Assembly: GCA_965200155.1 (NCBI GenBank)
Contig: CBDATR010000025.1
Span: 1-30,461, forward strand
DNA: 30,461 nt
Source of the DNA: Nitrosopumilaceae archaeon
GTDB taxonomy: Archaea > Thermoproteota > Nitrososphaeria > Nitrososphaerales > Nitrosopumilaceae
Reading direction: 5' to 3'
The position numbers and the translations under genes were made by a program. This document shows positions 19,297 to 29,653 of this stretch, piece after piece. Every line of letters begins with the position of its first letter. Position 1 is the stretch's first letter. The notes beneath the pieces were generated by a model. It had not been told where the DNA came from and did not search any database. It saw only the letters and a program-made list of their open reading frames with translations.

Positions 19297-20121
19297 TTGG
19301 GATTGAGGATACTGCATGTGTGGGATCAGTCTGGCGTAGCATCAGTCTTGGCCTTGCACCAGGAAATGATGGGACACAAGACCAGGGTTATCAAGAATGC
19401 CAAGTTTGATCCATACGGAATAGCCCGGTTCTATGGTAACAGAATGTACCCTTCCGCGAGTATATTTCGCCTGGCCGCTCTATCAGAGGCGCGCAAGTAC
19501 GATGTCATACATTTTCATGACGGTCGCCAAGATCTCATTGATATAATCAAAAGATTATACAGTAACAAGATACTGGTACAGCATTATCATGGCTCCTTTA
19601 CCAGAATGACACCGCCGCAGAGGCGCGCCGCAATGGAAAAGAAGGTTAATGCAATTATCGTCGCTACACCGGATTTACTGGATTATGAATATGCACAAGA
19701 TCCCATTTACCTGCCAAACCCAGTGGATACCAATCACTTTTCTCCCAACAAGGAATGGAATAACAGGAAGGGTTTGATATCATTAAAGCCGGGACAGACC
19801 AAAGAACAAACCACAAAGATGTTGCATGAACACGGGTTTGATTTTGAGCTGGATTTCTTGGAGGGAAGTACCGGTCACATACCATATCAAGAACTGCCCG
19901 GTCACATGGGGCAGTATGAGTATTATGTGGATTTGGCCATTCTGCCCGGCGTCAATACGCTGGCACACTTTCATAGCCTGACTGGCCTGCAGGGATTGGC
20001 CATGGGACTCAAGGTGATTGACTGGAATTACAACATATGCGAGGGACTGCCACGCCAGCATACTCCCGATAGGGTAGCTAAACAGCTAGAACACATATAC
20101 GATAGAGTAATTCGTGACTGA
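19297..20121 (+). CDS. Glycosyltransferase-like protein (GT-B / family 4-like)
   Basis: N-terminal RILHVWD, plus YDVIHFH, HYHGS and LPNPVDT..F. Shorter than a typical GT4. Confidence 0.7.
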   Translation: MGLRILHVWDQSGVASVLALHQEMMGHKTRVIKNAKFDPYGIARFYGNRMYPSASIFRLAALSEARKYDVIHFHDGRQDLIDIIKRLYSNKILVQHYHGSFTRMTPPQRRAAMEKKVNAIIVATPDLLDYEYAQDPIYLPNPVDTNHFSPNKEWNNRKGLISLKPGQTKEQTTKMLHEHGFDFELDFLEGSTGHIPYQELPGHMGQYEYYVDLAILPGVNTLAHFHSLTGLQGLAMGLKVIDWNYNICEGLPRQHTPDRVAKQLEHIYDRVIRD

Positions 20122-20262
20122 ATGTGCAGGTTTAATCACGATTCCGGAATGGTGGCTTTCCGCTCAAAATAAATAACCAAAATGATTAACTCTTGTACAT
20201 ATGTGGCATCTTGATCATGAAGTGTTGGTTAATGCGCTGGTAAACTCATTGGTAATAAGAAT

Positions 20263-20988
20263 ATGAGTCTGTTTGATTCGGATATAGAAGAAACAAGGGC
20301 CGCCATAGACTTTTTCAATGAACTAACCGACGAGGAACGGGCACTCATAGTCTCGGACCTGAATCCACAGACCTTCAAGATACCACAATACTATGACAGC
20401 CTGGTTCACCTGCTATCCAGGGTACAAAAAGACATCACAGTGCATGATGGCATCAAGATAGGAAATCGCCTGATGAGACTGGGTCTTGATGAGACATGGG
20501 CCCGGCTTATAGTGACCAATATGAAAAAGCACGCACCCACCATACCATATCAGATAAGCCAGATTAACCGCATGACCGATGCAAAATTCGAGTCCATATT
20601 CGACGACATAATGGATGCCCTGTGGAAAGAGAAGATGGACGACAGTGACATAATGGAAAAGTATTCCATAGACCAGGAGCAGCTTCGCTGTATAGTGGAC
20701 ATGACCAGCCAGTACATACAGGACTTGCTTAGAGGGGACAATACTGTATCAAAGATACGCAAGACCCTCCTAGAGAACGGTCTTACCAAGAACAAGGTGA
20801 ACACCATGCTGAACTCCATAAACTCACAGGAAAATGACTGGTACAGATGGTTGCTCTTCCGCAATGCCCAAGACAACTACTACAATACCCAGGAGATCAA
20901 GGAGCAGAACGACCGCATATTGAATACACTGCACGAGATTCTGACATTATTAAAGGACCAGAGACACGACCGGCGCAACATGCAGTAG
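20263..20988 (+). CDS. Hypothetical protein, predicted helical and acidic
   Basis: 241-aa ORF with ATG start and gene-like codon usage. No motif recognised. Confidence 0.75.
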   Translation: MSLFDSDIEETRAAIDFFNELTDEERALIVSDLNPQTFKIPQYYDSLVHLLSRVQKDITVHDGIKIGNRLMRLGLDETWARLIVTNMKKHAPTIPYQISQINRMTDAKFESIFDDIMDALWKEKMDDSDIMEKYSIDQEQLRCIVDMTSQYIQDLLRGDNTVSKIRKTLLENGLTKNKVNTMLNSINSQENDWYRWLLFRNAQDNYYNTQEIKEQNDRILNTLHEILTLLKDQRHDRRNMQ

Positions 20989-21013
20989 GGGAACCGCTTT
21001 ATACGAATGAATC

Positions 21014-21373
21014 TTGCAAGATACGTTGCAGTATTTTAAGGCTCTAAGCGTCGGACGCAAGAGGGTAGCCCAAGCCAGAGAGTACCTCAATGGTATAGCA
21101 CAGGATCGTGCAATGCCAGCATTGGCATTGTCGGACTCGGAGAATAACTCATGGAATCCCGTAGGCGAGGAGACCCTGTATGCATTTGTGGACGAGTCCG
21201 CGGGATTTGTGCTAACTGACACCAGTGGTTACATACTGGCATTAGTCGATGCAAAGGGGTATTCCAAATCTCTGGTACAGGGTGTTGTATCATCACAGAG
21301 AGAGGCTCTAGAGTCCAGGTTGCGCGCAGACGGCATACAACAGTACGAGGGCAAGGTCATACTGCCGGTATAG
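21014..21373 (+). CDS. Conserved thaumarchaeal hypothetical protein
   Basis: AMPALAL..W.PVGEE.LY...GFVLTD.SGYIL..Y.GKVILPV recalled from Nitrosopumilus proteins. The true start may be TTG at 21026 (TTTATA box at 20998). Confidence 0.75.
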   Translation: MQDTLQYFKALSVGRKRVAQAREYLNGIAQDRAMPALALSDSENNSWNPVGEETLYAFVDESAGFVLTDTSGYILALVDAKGYSKSLVQGVVSSQREALESRLRADGIQQYEGKVILPV

Positions 21374-21402
21374 GATAATGGTATGTATTCTATCATTTAG
21401 AA

Positions 21403-21790
21403 TGGAACACATTTTAGATTCCACAGAGGCAATACACCATGGTTGACAAAAAACTTCAATGGAGTACGGAGAAGGTCAAGATTATTCTGGAGACGTTGGA
21501 CTCGGCAGTGACTACCGCGGAGGTATCCAAGCGGCATTGCAGAGGGCGGCCATAACGGGTTATATCATCACCAGTGACTCATAATACATATCCAAAACTA
21601 ACCGTACGCGCCGATAGTGGATCCCGGTGCACCAGCCATTGACTACTCTTGGTGGCAAAGACGCTAACACATAGAATACGTCAAGTTTCTCACAGGATGT
21701 GAATAATGCCTGCCTAAATGATTTTAAGAATTACTTGGTGGCTGGCCACAAGAGAATATACACTACTATGACAACCACGCCTAGATAGAC
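21403..21790 (+). mobile_element. Heavily deleted IS3-family remnant
   Basis: MVDKKLQWSTEKVKIILETLD..TTAEVSKRH is an OrfA-like HTH start and LTVRADSGS is a decayed integrase motif. Similar to 26130-26245 on the minus strand. Right boundary uncertain. Confidence 0.6.
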
Positions 21791-21874
21791 TGGGCGCAAG
21801 GATATGCTATTTTCACATTCCTATGAAAGCAGGATATATTACAAAAAGAAGACGTCCTCGTATTACGTAATCCA

Positions 21875-22576
21875 CTACACCATATTAGCCAGTACATTTT
21901 GATGGTACTCACAGAGTTTGGCGCATTCCACCTGGCAGTGTATGAGATCCGACTGCCAGTGCGCATTATACAAACGGCAGTTCTTATCCGCACAAAAGGA
22001 CTCGCCGCTCTCAAAGTAGAATATTCCCTGCATGATAGAACCATGCACGGCTTCCTGTAGCCGGGGATCCCCATACTCAAGAAAGCTTCCAGCATGAGTC
22101 TTTCTTATGTTATCCTCATCCTGCCCTGTAACCACACTGCACATCATGTCTATACAGTACTCTTTTGGCCGGGCAGGACCCTCCACTATTCCCGGCAATG
22201 ATATGATACAGGGGTTGGATGCAACAAGTAAATTGGCATGATACCTCATGGACTGGGAGTCATATGTACCCACCAGGACATCCAAGAGCAGTATGTGGAA
22301 TAGTCCGGGCGCCTGGCATAGCATATCACCCAGTGTATCTGCCAATACATACCCGTCATATACGGGAGGAGTGATAGTGTCACCCGGAGCCCCATATGGC
22401 TGGAAAAGATTCCGGACTGCGCATGTATCCAGTATACCGGGCGTAATACCATTCAGTACGGAAGGGTATGTACTTACACTCACGTTAAACGTATTGTGAA
22501 TGAAATCTGCCACTTTGCTTATCAGGACACCCTCTGCAGCATCACCGTATAGGCGAATAACAGATATCCTTCTCAA
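21875..22576 (-). CDS. Putative metallopeptidase-like protein (DUF6775-type)
   Basis: GIVEGPARPKEY and FC..K.CRLYNAHWQ.DL......LC..H. Overlaps the thi4 stop by 4 bp. Confidence 0.7.
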   Translation of the reverse strand: MRRISVIRLYGDAAEGVLISKVADFIHNTFNVSVSTYPSVLNGITPGILDTCAVRNLFQPYGAPGDTITPPVYDGYVLADTLGDMLCQAPGLFHILLLDVLVGTYDSQSMRYHANLLVASNPCIISLPGIVEGPARPKEYCIDMMCSVVTGQDEDNIRKTHAGSFLEYGDPRLQEAVHGSIMQGIFYFESGESFCADKNCRLYNAHWQSDLIHCQVECAKLCEYHQNVLANMV

Positions 22577-23385
22577 GCATACTCTTTCATCTTTGTGACT
22601 GCCACTTCCGCGGCCTTCCTGCCGGAGAATAGCATGGAACCAAACGTGGGCCCCATACGTGCCAGTCCGTGGGTCTCCGTTACCGACATGCCTGCGGCCA
22701 CCAATCCCGGAAATACCTCCCCGGTTTTGTGCACCACATGTTCCTCGCCCTCATCTACATACATGGGATTCATTCCCTTCCATTCCACCAAGCCGCGGTC
22801 TACCAGTCGCTTTACGGCTACAGAATCATGTCCGGACGCGTCTATGACAACTTTGGCTTCCAGTGCCACGGGGTCGACACAGGTGATATTGCGGGGAAGC
22901 GCCGAGACCGGCATCCAGTTAACCACCACGCCTGAAACCTTGCCATTCTTTAGTATGAGATCATCGAATTTTGTCAGATTAAGGAATTTTACTCCCGCGT
23001 CGCATGCTGCACCAATAAGCTTGGATACGGCATGGGGACCGGGTGTCAGGTACAGGCCCTCCCGCACCTTCTTGTAGGGTATGCCGAGCTCGTCCCACAT
23101 TCTTTGCGCAGGCTCCCGCACTGTAACGGGATTCATCATGTAGCCGCCAAGCCAAAAGCCGCCACCCAGATAGTTGTTCTGCTCTATTACAAGGACTCAC
23201 ACGCCCATGCTTGCCAGTTCCCGGCTGGCCATAAGACCGGCTGGTCCTGCTCCAATTATTATGACATCAGAGACGCTCCTGTCCATAAGTACCTGATGAA
23301 ACTCTGCCGCTATTGCACGGGTAATTTCTGCCTCTGGAACATCGGTGAATATCTTTTCTGGCTCAGATACCTGTATAAATTGCAT
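22573..23385 (-). pseudogene. thi4: Thiazole synthase Thi4 interrupted by one in-frame TGA (23197-23199)
   Basis: [12 protein letters not shown]...MGV*VLVIEQNNYLGGGFWLGG...CVDP...RMGPTFGSM. The reading frame is continuous across the stop. Confidence 0.88.
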
Positions 23386-23419
23386 CCTGCCGGTGTCAAT
23401 TAATATGTTGTCAAGAATG

Positions 23420-25789
23420 TTACTGGGTCCGGCACTTTTGGCATGAAGGGGGCAGGCCACCGGCATTGTACATTTCTATCAGCATCTCGGTGGGGCACTC
23501 AAAGCCGAATACGCTCTTTATCTTTGATGAACCCACAGCCTCAGTACCGCACACTGTACATGTATGAGACACATCCGGGTCATCATCGTCGGCATTGTAC
23601 TCATCATGTTCCGGAGCGGGACTACCCCATACCTTCCAGTATTCCCGATATATCTTCCAGCCCAGGTTATCAGATAGTGGGGCATACCTGAGATTGTTTA
23701 TCTGAAAATTGTCATCCACATCGACAATTACCATATCCTCGGTGCCGCTGTTCTTTACTCCGCGCATACCCCTGCCAATCATCTGGGTGTACAGCAAAGC
23801 GCTGCGGACAGGCCTCCCTATAAAGACGCAGTCTATGGATGGTGCATCAAAACCGGTAGTGAGTACGCCAAAATTACACAATACCTCCACATCCCCGTTA
23901 TCAAACTCCTGTATAACGGCGATTCTAGAGTCCATGTCCATGGCCGAGTCTACATATCGCGCGTTTATACCATACACTGCACGCAAGGCTATGGCGATCT
24001 TGCGAGAGTGCTCCACTGAGCAGCCAAAGAATAGTATCTTTCTTCTGCCCAGACTTCGCATTCGGTCTATCTCCGTTAGCAGGAGGGAGTTCCTCTCCAG
24101 GAGATCACCTACCTGTCTTAGTGTCTTTGCCTGGAATTCCCCGTAAGACTCTATTTCCGATGCATCCTTCATGGTCAGGTCTATGGCCTTCTTGGACACT
24201 ATAACTCTGTGAAAGACATCACAGAGTATTCTTCGGTCTATGAGTTTGCCGTACAGTTGCTTCTGCATCTGGGAATTCTTTGTCGCAGAGTGTGTCGTAG
24301 GATGTACTGCTAGCGTAATTGAGGACACGTCAGTATTGTCATCGTTATCGGTAACTGTAAGCTCTATGGCATACGTACCAGCCTCCCGGAATATATGCGC
24401 AGCATTTTTTTGATTGTATTCCTGTTGTAGTGTATCACCGCGTATGCTCCATGAATATGACTTTATGTAGCCGTCCAGTACGTAGGACTTTTCACCCAGC
24501 ATTCTTACGGTGTCACCAACATAAGCGGTGGAAGGGCAGTCTGCCAGTGCGTGTGGTCGTGTCTGGGATTCTACATCAGGAATGGTGGGAAAGTACACTC
24601 CGTTGTACCATCGGAGCAGGCGCCTGGTCTCCTCGTCTCCCGCGCCCCGGAAGGGCGTAGCGGTAAGACCAAGCAGTATTATGCCCTTTTCTGATATCTC
24701 CTTTTTGCGGTTATCCCAGTTGAAGCCCATCTTTCGCAGTACATAGGCGTATGAGGGTGCAACCGAATGGTGAGCCTCGTCCACCACTATACATGAAATG
24801 TGATTACCCAAGGCTTCCAGTTCCTGTGGTTTTGAGCGGCCCATACTGTATAACGACTGTATTGATGCCACTATGATTCCCCGCTCGTCCATTAAATCCT
24901 CCAGCTGCAAATCCGGCATGGCGTTATCCTTCCCCCAGAATCTGTACAGGCGTATAAGGGTGCCGCGCTTGCCTATGGCGCGAAATACGTCCTTGAATGT
25001 ACTGCGCGCCTGCTCACATAATTCATGGGACTGGGCAACCCAAAGCACAAAACGCGACTTTTTCTGCTGATCATTATTGGACGGCTTGCCATCATTAAGC
25101 CACTCTATTATGGTCTCGGTGATCATTCTAGTCTTGCCGGATCCGGTGGGCACCGCTATCAGCTTGCGTTTCACCTCCCGCTCATTCTCCTTTACCGTAC
25201 CCATGAGCATATCACGGACGAATCTGCCGGTGGCATATTGGTAGTCATATAAGGGATTCATGGGGATGTATGGTTCTACAATCTCGACTGATGGTAGTTC
25301 TTCGGCGCGCTCCTTTTCTGCGACCGAGGAGGGCAAACCCAGAATCTCGGTAAGTTTCAGGCACCACTTTTGTGTGGGCCTCATGTTTACGACATCATTC
25401 ATGTATTGTATTGTACCCGATGACACCGACTCCCTGGCAGCTTGTAGTATCTGATCCTCGGTGAAGAGTCCCTTTTGTACGCCTGTAACTATGATTAGGG
25501 CAAGGAATGTGCGGCGGGCAGCTTTGTCATCTCCCACGGTTCTTAAAAAGCGCGGTCCCACCACATCATATAGTACTTCGGCTAGGGTATTGGTGTCTAC
25601 CCGGCGTCGGCCCAGTGCTTGTAATTGCAATAATACATCAGAGCCCATCCTTAGCTCGGATAGTACTTGTGTCAGTTCCTTTATATCCCACCACTCCTTG
25701 AATTTGGCTATACACAGGCTCTTGGTAGTACGAGCCATCTCGGTCTTGGAGTCCAGCGTCAGCTCCATATCCATATTTTCTACACTCAT
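23420..25789 (-). CDS. Superfamily 2 (DEAH, ResIII/SSL2-like) helicase with inserted PKD-like domain and C-terminal CxxC...CxxC
   Basis: Motifs [27 protein letters not shown] and [11 protein letters not shown]-like segment SYSW...[19 protein letters not shown]. Confidence 0.9.
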   Translation of the reverse strand: MSVENMDMELTLDSKTEMARTTKSLCIAKFKEWWDIKELTQVLSELRMGSDVLLQLQALGRRRVDTNTLAEVLYDVVGPRFLRTVGDDKAARRTFLALIIVTGVQKGLFTEDQILQAARESVSSGTIQYMNDVVNMRPTQKWCLKLTEILGLPSSVAEKERAEELPSVEIVEPYIPMNPLYDYQYATGRFVRDMLMGTVKENEREVKRKLIAVPTGSGKTRMITETIIEWLNDGKPSNNDQQKKSRFVLWVAQSHELCEQARSTFKDVFRAIGKRGTLIRLYRFWGKDNAMPDLQLEDLMDERGIIVASIQSLYSMGRSKPQELEALGNHISCIVVDEAHHSVAPSYAYVLRKMGFNWDNRKKEISEKGIILLGLTATPFRGAGDEETRRLLRWYNGVYFPTIPDVESQTRPHALADCPSTAYVGDTVRMLGEKSYVLDGYIKSYSWSIRGDTLQQEYNQKNAAHIFREAGTYAIELTVTDNDDNTDVSSITLAVHPTTHSATKNSQMQKQLYGKLIDRRILCDVFHRVIVSKKAIDLTMKDASEIESYGEFQAKTLRQVGDLLERNSLLLTEIDRMRSLGRRKILFFGCSVEHSRKIAIALRAVYGINARYVDSAMDMDSRIAVIQEFDNGDVEVLCNFGVLTTGFDAPSIDCVFIGRPVRSALLYTQMIGRGMRGVKNSGTEDMVIVDVDDNFQINNLRYAPLSDNLGWKIYREYWKVWGSPAPEHDEYNADDDDPDVSHTCTVCGTEAVGSSKIKSVFGFECPTEMLIEMYNAGGLPPSCQKCRTQ

Positions 25790-25944
25790 GTATTATGTAC
25801 GTGTTTCGGTTCTGTAAGTTTGGGTAACGGGCTTTGGTTCATTTTGCTAGAGGCTCCTTGCCATTTGTAATATGGCGGCCATCTTGTGGCATACTCTTGA
25901 TCAGATATTACCATTACCAATAGTACGAATTCACGTCTTTCAGT

Positions 25945-26036
25945 GTATGAGTTCACGTCTTCCGGAATCTTATGCACAAATCACATTAACTGTCGCGATC
26001 AGTTATGCGTAAATTTAGACACAGGTGAACTCATAC
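25945..26036 (+). mobile_element. 92-bp IS66-derived MITE, no TSD, preceded by a decayed MITE end (25923)
   Basis: Full consensus match. Confidence 0.93.
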
Positions 26037-26272
26037 CCGGCAGATGCCATTCACATTGTTCATGCTTGACGGATTGTGTGCCATAAAATACACCCCAGTT
26101 TGAAGCAACATGGGCTGTTACTGTCAATCATGCGCATAAGGTCTAATGTCTCTAAAATAATCCGTACCTTCTCTTCCCGAATCCATTGGTGCTTTTTGCC
26201 AACCATGGCATACTCCCCCTCTTGAATCTAAAAAGTGTGCATTGAGATCTATTCTCAATTCTATGGGGTCCA
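26037..26272 (-). mobile_element. IS3-family 5' fragment with left end
   Basis: End TGGACCCCATAGAATTGAGAA on the minus strand from 26272, followed by MVGKKHQWIREEKVRIILETLD. Confidence 0.7.
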
Positions 26273-27184
26273 GGCCAAAAAGAGGATTTTTGATGGCATT
26301 ATGGTAAAGGTTACACTGACCTGTACTGTATTCTCCTGATCTTGTGCGAATATGGGCGCGGACACAGATTCCAACGCATCATCATATGCAATGGCGCTCA
26401 GTCTTGGATATGGTTCCGGATAAGCGGCCGAGTCAAGTACTGATATACTCTCTACACCGCGTATTGTATAACCTAGGGGATCCAGTACCAAACCGGCCCT
26501 ATATTTGGCATCAAGAGCAGCAGATCCTAGTAGGGAGTCGTGTACCTGCTGTGCCGTCTCAAGGGACTGCCCAAAGGATACGGATTCCACCCTGTTGGCC
26601 CCTGCAGATACGGCGTTATCTATTATATCCGCAGCCAAATCTGTCTGTGCCGTATCAACGGTTATTATGTTGCTCACATGATACCCCACAAAGACCTGTT
26701 CGTAGTTACCCTGATTGTCATAAGTGCCCGTATATTCCGGGGATATGTTGATTCGTGATGTATGTATATCGGACTCCGATATACCTACCTCCAGTATTGC
26801 AGATACGGCCGAATCCAGCAGCCGGGAGTTCTCTCCCAGGGCCTGGGATACTGTCATATTCATGGTCTCTACACCCAGTCGCACTATCAGCCTGTCAGCA
26901 TCAGTGTATGCGGTGGCAGAACCAGTCACAGTTATGGTCCCCTGATGGGGATCCTTTAGGCAGTCCTCGCCTTGTGCCGGAAAGTCCTCGTCATCGGACA
27001 TGTATGGACCCCACTCTAGGCAGTCCTCGCCCCATTCACCACGATCGGTCATGTTGCCTTTCTTGTGATCATAGCCACGATAATCATCATGTTGGTAATC
27101 ATCATCTGCGTTGGTCAATAGAGTAGTGCCGCCTACTGCGAATAGTGCAGCAACCATCATAACAGCCAAAAATGTTCTATTCAT
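26261..27184 (-). CDS. SIMPL (DUF541) domain protein, secreted
   Basis: Signal peptide and motifs ITVTGSA, LGVET, IHTSRINISPEY, AVSAGANRV and VSVTF. Confidence 0.92.
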   Translation of the reverse strand: MNRTFLAVMMVAALFAVGGTTLLTNADDDYQHDDYRGYDHKKGNMTDRGEWGEDCLEWGPYMSDDEDFPAQGEDCLKDPHQGTITVTGSATAYTDADRLIVRLGVETMNMTVSQALGENSRLLDSAVSAILEVGISESDIHTSRINISPEYTGTYDNQGNYEQVFVGYHVSNIITVDTAQTDLAADIIDNAVSAGANRVESVSFGQSLETAQQVHDSLLGSAALDAKYRAGLVLDPLGYTIRGVESISVLDSAAYPEPYPRLSAIAYDDALESVSAPIFAQDQENTVQVSVTFTIMPSKILFLAWTP

Positions 27185-27242
27185 TATGTATGGTACAGGG
27201 CGGGATGTATTTTAATGGAACAATATATTGATCCATTAGCAT

Positions 27243-27752
27243 ATGAGAATGGTGCAGATGACAGGTATGATGCCTGGTGCAGTACTCGTATTGTTGGCAT
27301 CCGGTATCACGCCGGTCATGGCGCAGGATGGCACCACATTTCAGGATACGCTGATAATATTTGGTACCTTTACAGTGGCGGTAATAGCGCTATTCCTGTA
27401 TTTGGCCCGGGACATACTATTGCGCCGGCGCACACAATACGACAAAGACTCAATGGAGTCCAAGCAGAACCGGGACTATGAAAAATATCACTCCGACTGG
27501 CTGGATGACTATAATGAATACCGAAAGGAGAATCCCGACTTGAACGATCAAGACCACTATGCCGTACTGGACGTTCCCACAGACGCTACTCTCGATATGA
27601 TAAAGCAGCAGTATCGCCGACTGGCCAAGGAACATCATCCGGACAAGACCGGCCAAGAGTCCCAGGAGATGAGGCAGATAAACCTAGCGTACGAGGTACT
27701 CTCCGACAGGGAACGGCGGGAGATATATGATAATGCCAGGGGCGAGATTTGA
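27243..27752 (+). CDS. Membrane-anchored J-domain (DnaJ-like) protein
   Basis: Transmembrane segment followed by DHYAVL...YRRLAKEHHPDK...INLAYEVLSD. Start codon uncertain. Confidence 0.9.
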   Translation: MRMVQMTGMMPGAVLVLLASGITPVMAQDGTTFQDTLIIFGTFTVAVIALFLYLARDILLRRRTQYDKDSMESKQNRDYEKYHSDWLDDYNEYRKENPDLNDQDHYAVLDVPTDATLDMIKQQYRRLAKEHHPDKTGQESQEMRQINLAYEVLSDRERREIYDNARGEI

Positions 27753-27807
27753 ACGCGCGACAGCTCGGTCTTCAGCCGAGTGCTCTCCCGGGCTGAGCTA
27801 CCCTGGC
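27734..27807 (-). tRNA. tRNA-Phe (GAA)
   Basis: GCCAGGG-TAGCTCAGCCCGGGAGAGCA-CTCGG CTGAAGA CCGAG-CTGTC-GCGCG TTCAAAT CTCGC-CCCTGGC-A. No intron and no encoded CCA. Confidence 0.96.
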
Positions 27808-27946
27808 GTTGCCATAACATGACATACGGGGAATAAAAAGCATATCAAGAGAAAGCCTGGTCAGAGTCTCGCTCCATCCATAGAACATCCCCACTACAGG
27901 GTTGTTTTGAGCGATATTCTGTAGTCATCTGTGTGACAGTTCAGGC

Positions 27947-27958
27947 GTATGAGTTCAC
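27947..27958 (+). mobile_element. Isolated IS66/MITE terminal repeat
   Basis: Perfect GTATGAGTTCAC followed by diverged sequence. Confidence 0.55.
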
Positions 27959-28228
27959 AATCCTGTGCCCAAATCTTTGTCCACCGTACATATTTAGACA
28001 TAAGCGAAATATGACAGTGCCGTTGACACATTTGTAAAACTTCGCTGAAGACACCTCCACGCATTACAGGCGTACTTATCATGAGAGAGCAACATGAAAA
28101 TGTATGACAAAAATATCGAATTAAAATACACGATCATAAATTAGAACAAGATTCTAGTAATGTATTGTATTATAATATTATGTAAATTACGGTTTACTTA
28201 AAATGGCATTGAAAAAAACAAAGCCCAA

Positions 28229-29653
28229 ATGAAAGCGATAACTATAACATTGTTGATTATTACTATGACAGCTCCATTGTATGGAGTGGTCTATGCAGAT
28301 GGAGAGGAGATGCTGGACTTTGCCGCCGGGTTGGAGGAGACTCTGGGACACTTTTGGGCCATCGAGCTCAACCTGAACGAGTCTAATGCCCAGCTGGCAG
28401 CGGTGCATGCTACTCATCCCATTGCCGAACTATACGACGCCATGAAGCCACAGCTGGAGTCAGCTAGTCCCGAGTTGGACGCCAGGTTCCAGGAGACACT
28501 GGTGAATCTGAAGGATACTACTGGACACGGTGTAAGTCGCGCGGATGCGCAATATGCACTGGATTCTGCACGAGAGTTGGTAGAGACCGTTCGTAATGCG
28601 GTGGTATACACCAATCTTAGTGACGATCATGACTTTAAGCTGCGGCTCATGAAGACGTTGTTGGAGACATCTGCCGCGGAGTATGACGAGGCGGTAAGTA
28701 ACGGAGTCATGCAGGAGATGGCAGAGTTCCAGGATGGATCAGCCTTTGTATGGAGATCCCAGGTCATATATGAGGAGATAAAATCTGATCTAGACCCGGC
28801 AGATGCACAAGCCGTGGAACAGCAGTATATGATACTAAATGATGCCTATGACAGGTTGGCAGATCCCTTTGAGGTGACCACCCTTACAAATGACATCATA
28901 CTAAGTATTGATACCATAAACAACGCCATTGTAGATGAGAGACTGGACTTTGCCGCCGGGTTGGAGGAGACTCTGGGACACTTTTGGGCCATCGAGCTCA
29001 ACCTGAACGAGTCTAATGCCCAGCTGGCAGCGGTGCATGCTACTCATCCCATTGCAGAACTCTATGATTCCATGAAGCCACAGCTGGAGGCCGCAAGCCC
29101 CGCACTGGACATGAGGTTCCAGGAGACACTGGTGAATCTCAGCTATGCAACCGGCCCGGACATGACCCGTGCTGCAGCACAAGTGGCACTGGATTCTGCC
29201 AGGGATCTGGTAGAGGAGACACGCAATACGGTAGTGGGTGCGTATATTAGTGATGATCGCAACTTTAGGCTAAATCTTATGAGAATACTCTTGGAGACAT
29301 CCACAGCAGAGTATGGCGAGGCAGTAAATAACGGAGTCATACAGGAGAGGACAGAGTTCCAGGATGGCTTGGCCTTTGTATGGAGATCCCAGATAATATA
29401 CAACGAAATAAAATCTAACATAGACCAGGAATATACCCAGGACATGGACCGTCTATATGCGGAATTGGATGACTCGTATAATTCACTGGCAGACCCAGGA
29501 ATGGTGGATTCACAGACTAACCAGTTAATATCCATAATAGTGGAGATTACAGGCGACACTGGATCTGGATTGCAAAATTACATTGATACCATACGAACAC
29601 TGCTAGGAGACGCCAAGACCGAGTATCCTCAGGAAATGATGGTTTGGTACTGA
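28229..29653 (+). CDS. Secreted acidic helical protein with two 210-aa repeats (thaumarchaeal PEFG-CTERM-type family), C-terminus truncated
   Basis: Signal peptide and repeated LEETLGHFWAIELNL...HATHPIAELY...EFQDG.AFVWRSQ. Probable frameshift near 29627 and IS66 end at 29661. Family assignment is from memory. Confidence 0.75.
   Translation: MKAITITLLIITMTAPLYGVVYADGEEMLDFAAGLEETLGHFWAIELNLNESNAQLAAVHATHPIAELYDAMKPQLESASPELDARFQETLVNLKDTTGHGVSRADAQYALDSARELVETVRNAVVYTNLSDDHDFKLRLMKTLLETSAAEYDEAVSNGVMQEMAEFQDGSAFVWRSQVIYEEIKSDLDPADAQAVEQQYMILNDAYDRLADPFEVTTLTNDIILSIDTINNAIVDERLDFAAGLEETLGHFWAIELNLNESNAQLAAVHATHPIAELYDSMKPQLEAASPALDMRFQETLVNLSYATGPDMTRAAAQVALDSARDLVEETRNTVVGAYISDDRNFRLNLMRILLETSTAEYGEAVNNGVIQERTEFQDGLAFVWRSQIIYNEIKSNIDQEYTQDMDRLYAELDDSYNSLADPGMVDSQTNQLISIIVEITGDTGSGLQNYIDTIRTLLGDAKTEYPQEMMVWY

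Noticed and set aside
21641-21745. Weak repeat of cttggtggc
   Set aside because: Too short and degenerate, and it lies within a decayed IS3 remnant.
23197-23199. Selenocysteine recoding in thi4
   Set aside because: The position is not a Cys site in the family, and no supporting signal is seen.
26957-27031. SIMPL N-terminal repeat as another 37/36 insertion
   Set aside because: Only 15 bp are repeated, with period 60, so the geometry does not fit.
27734-27807. tRNA-Phe as an integration site of an island
   Set aside because: No duplicated tRNA 3' end or integrase is seen in the window.
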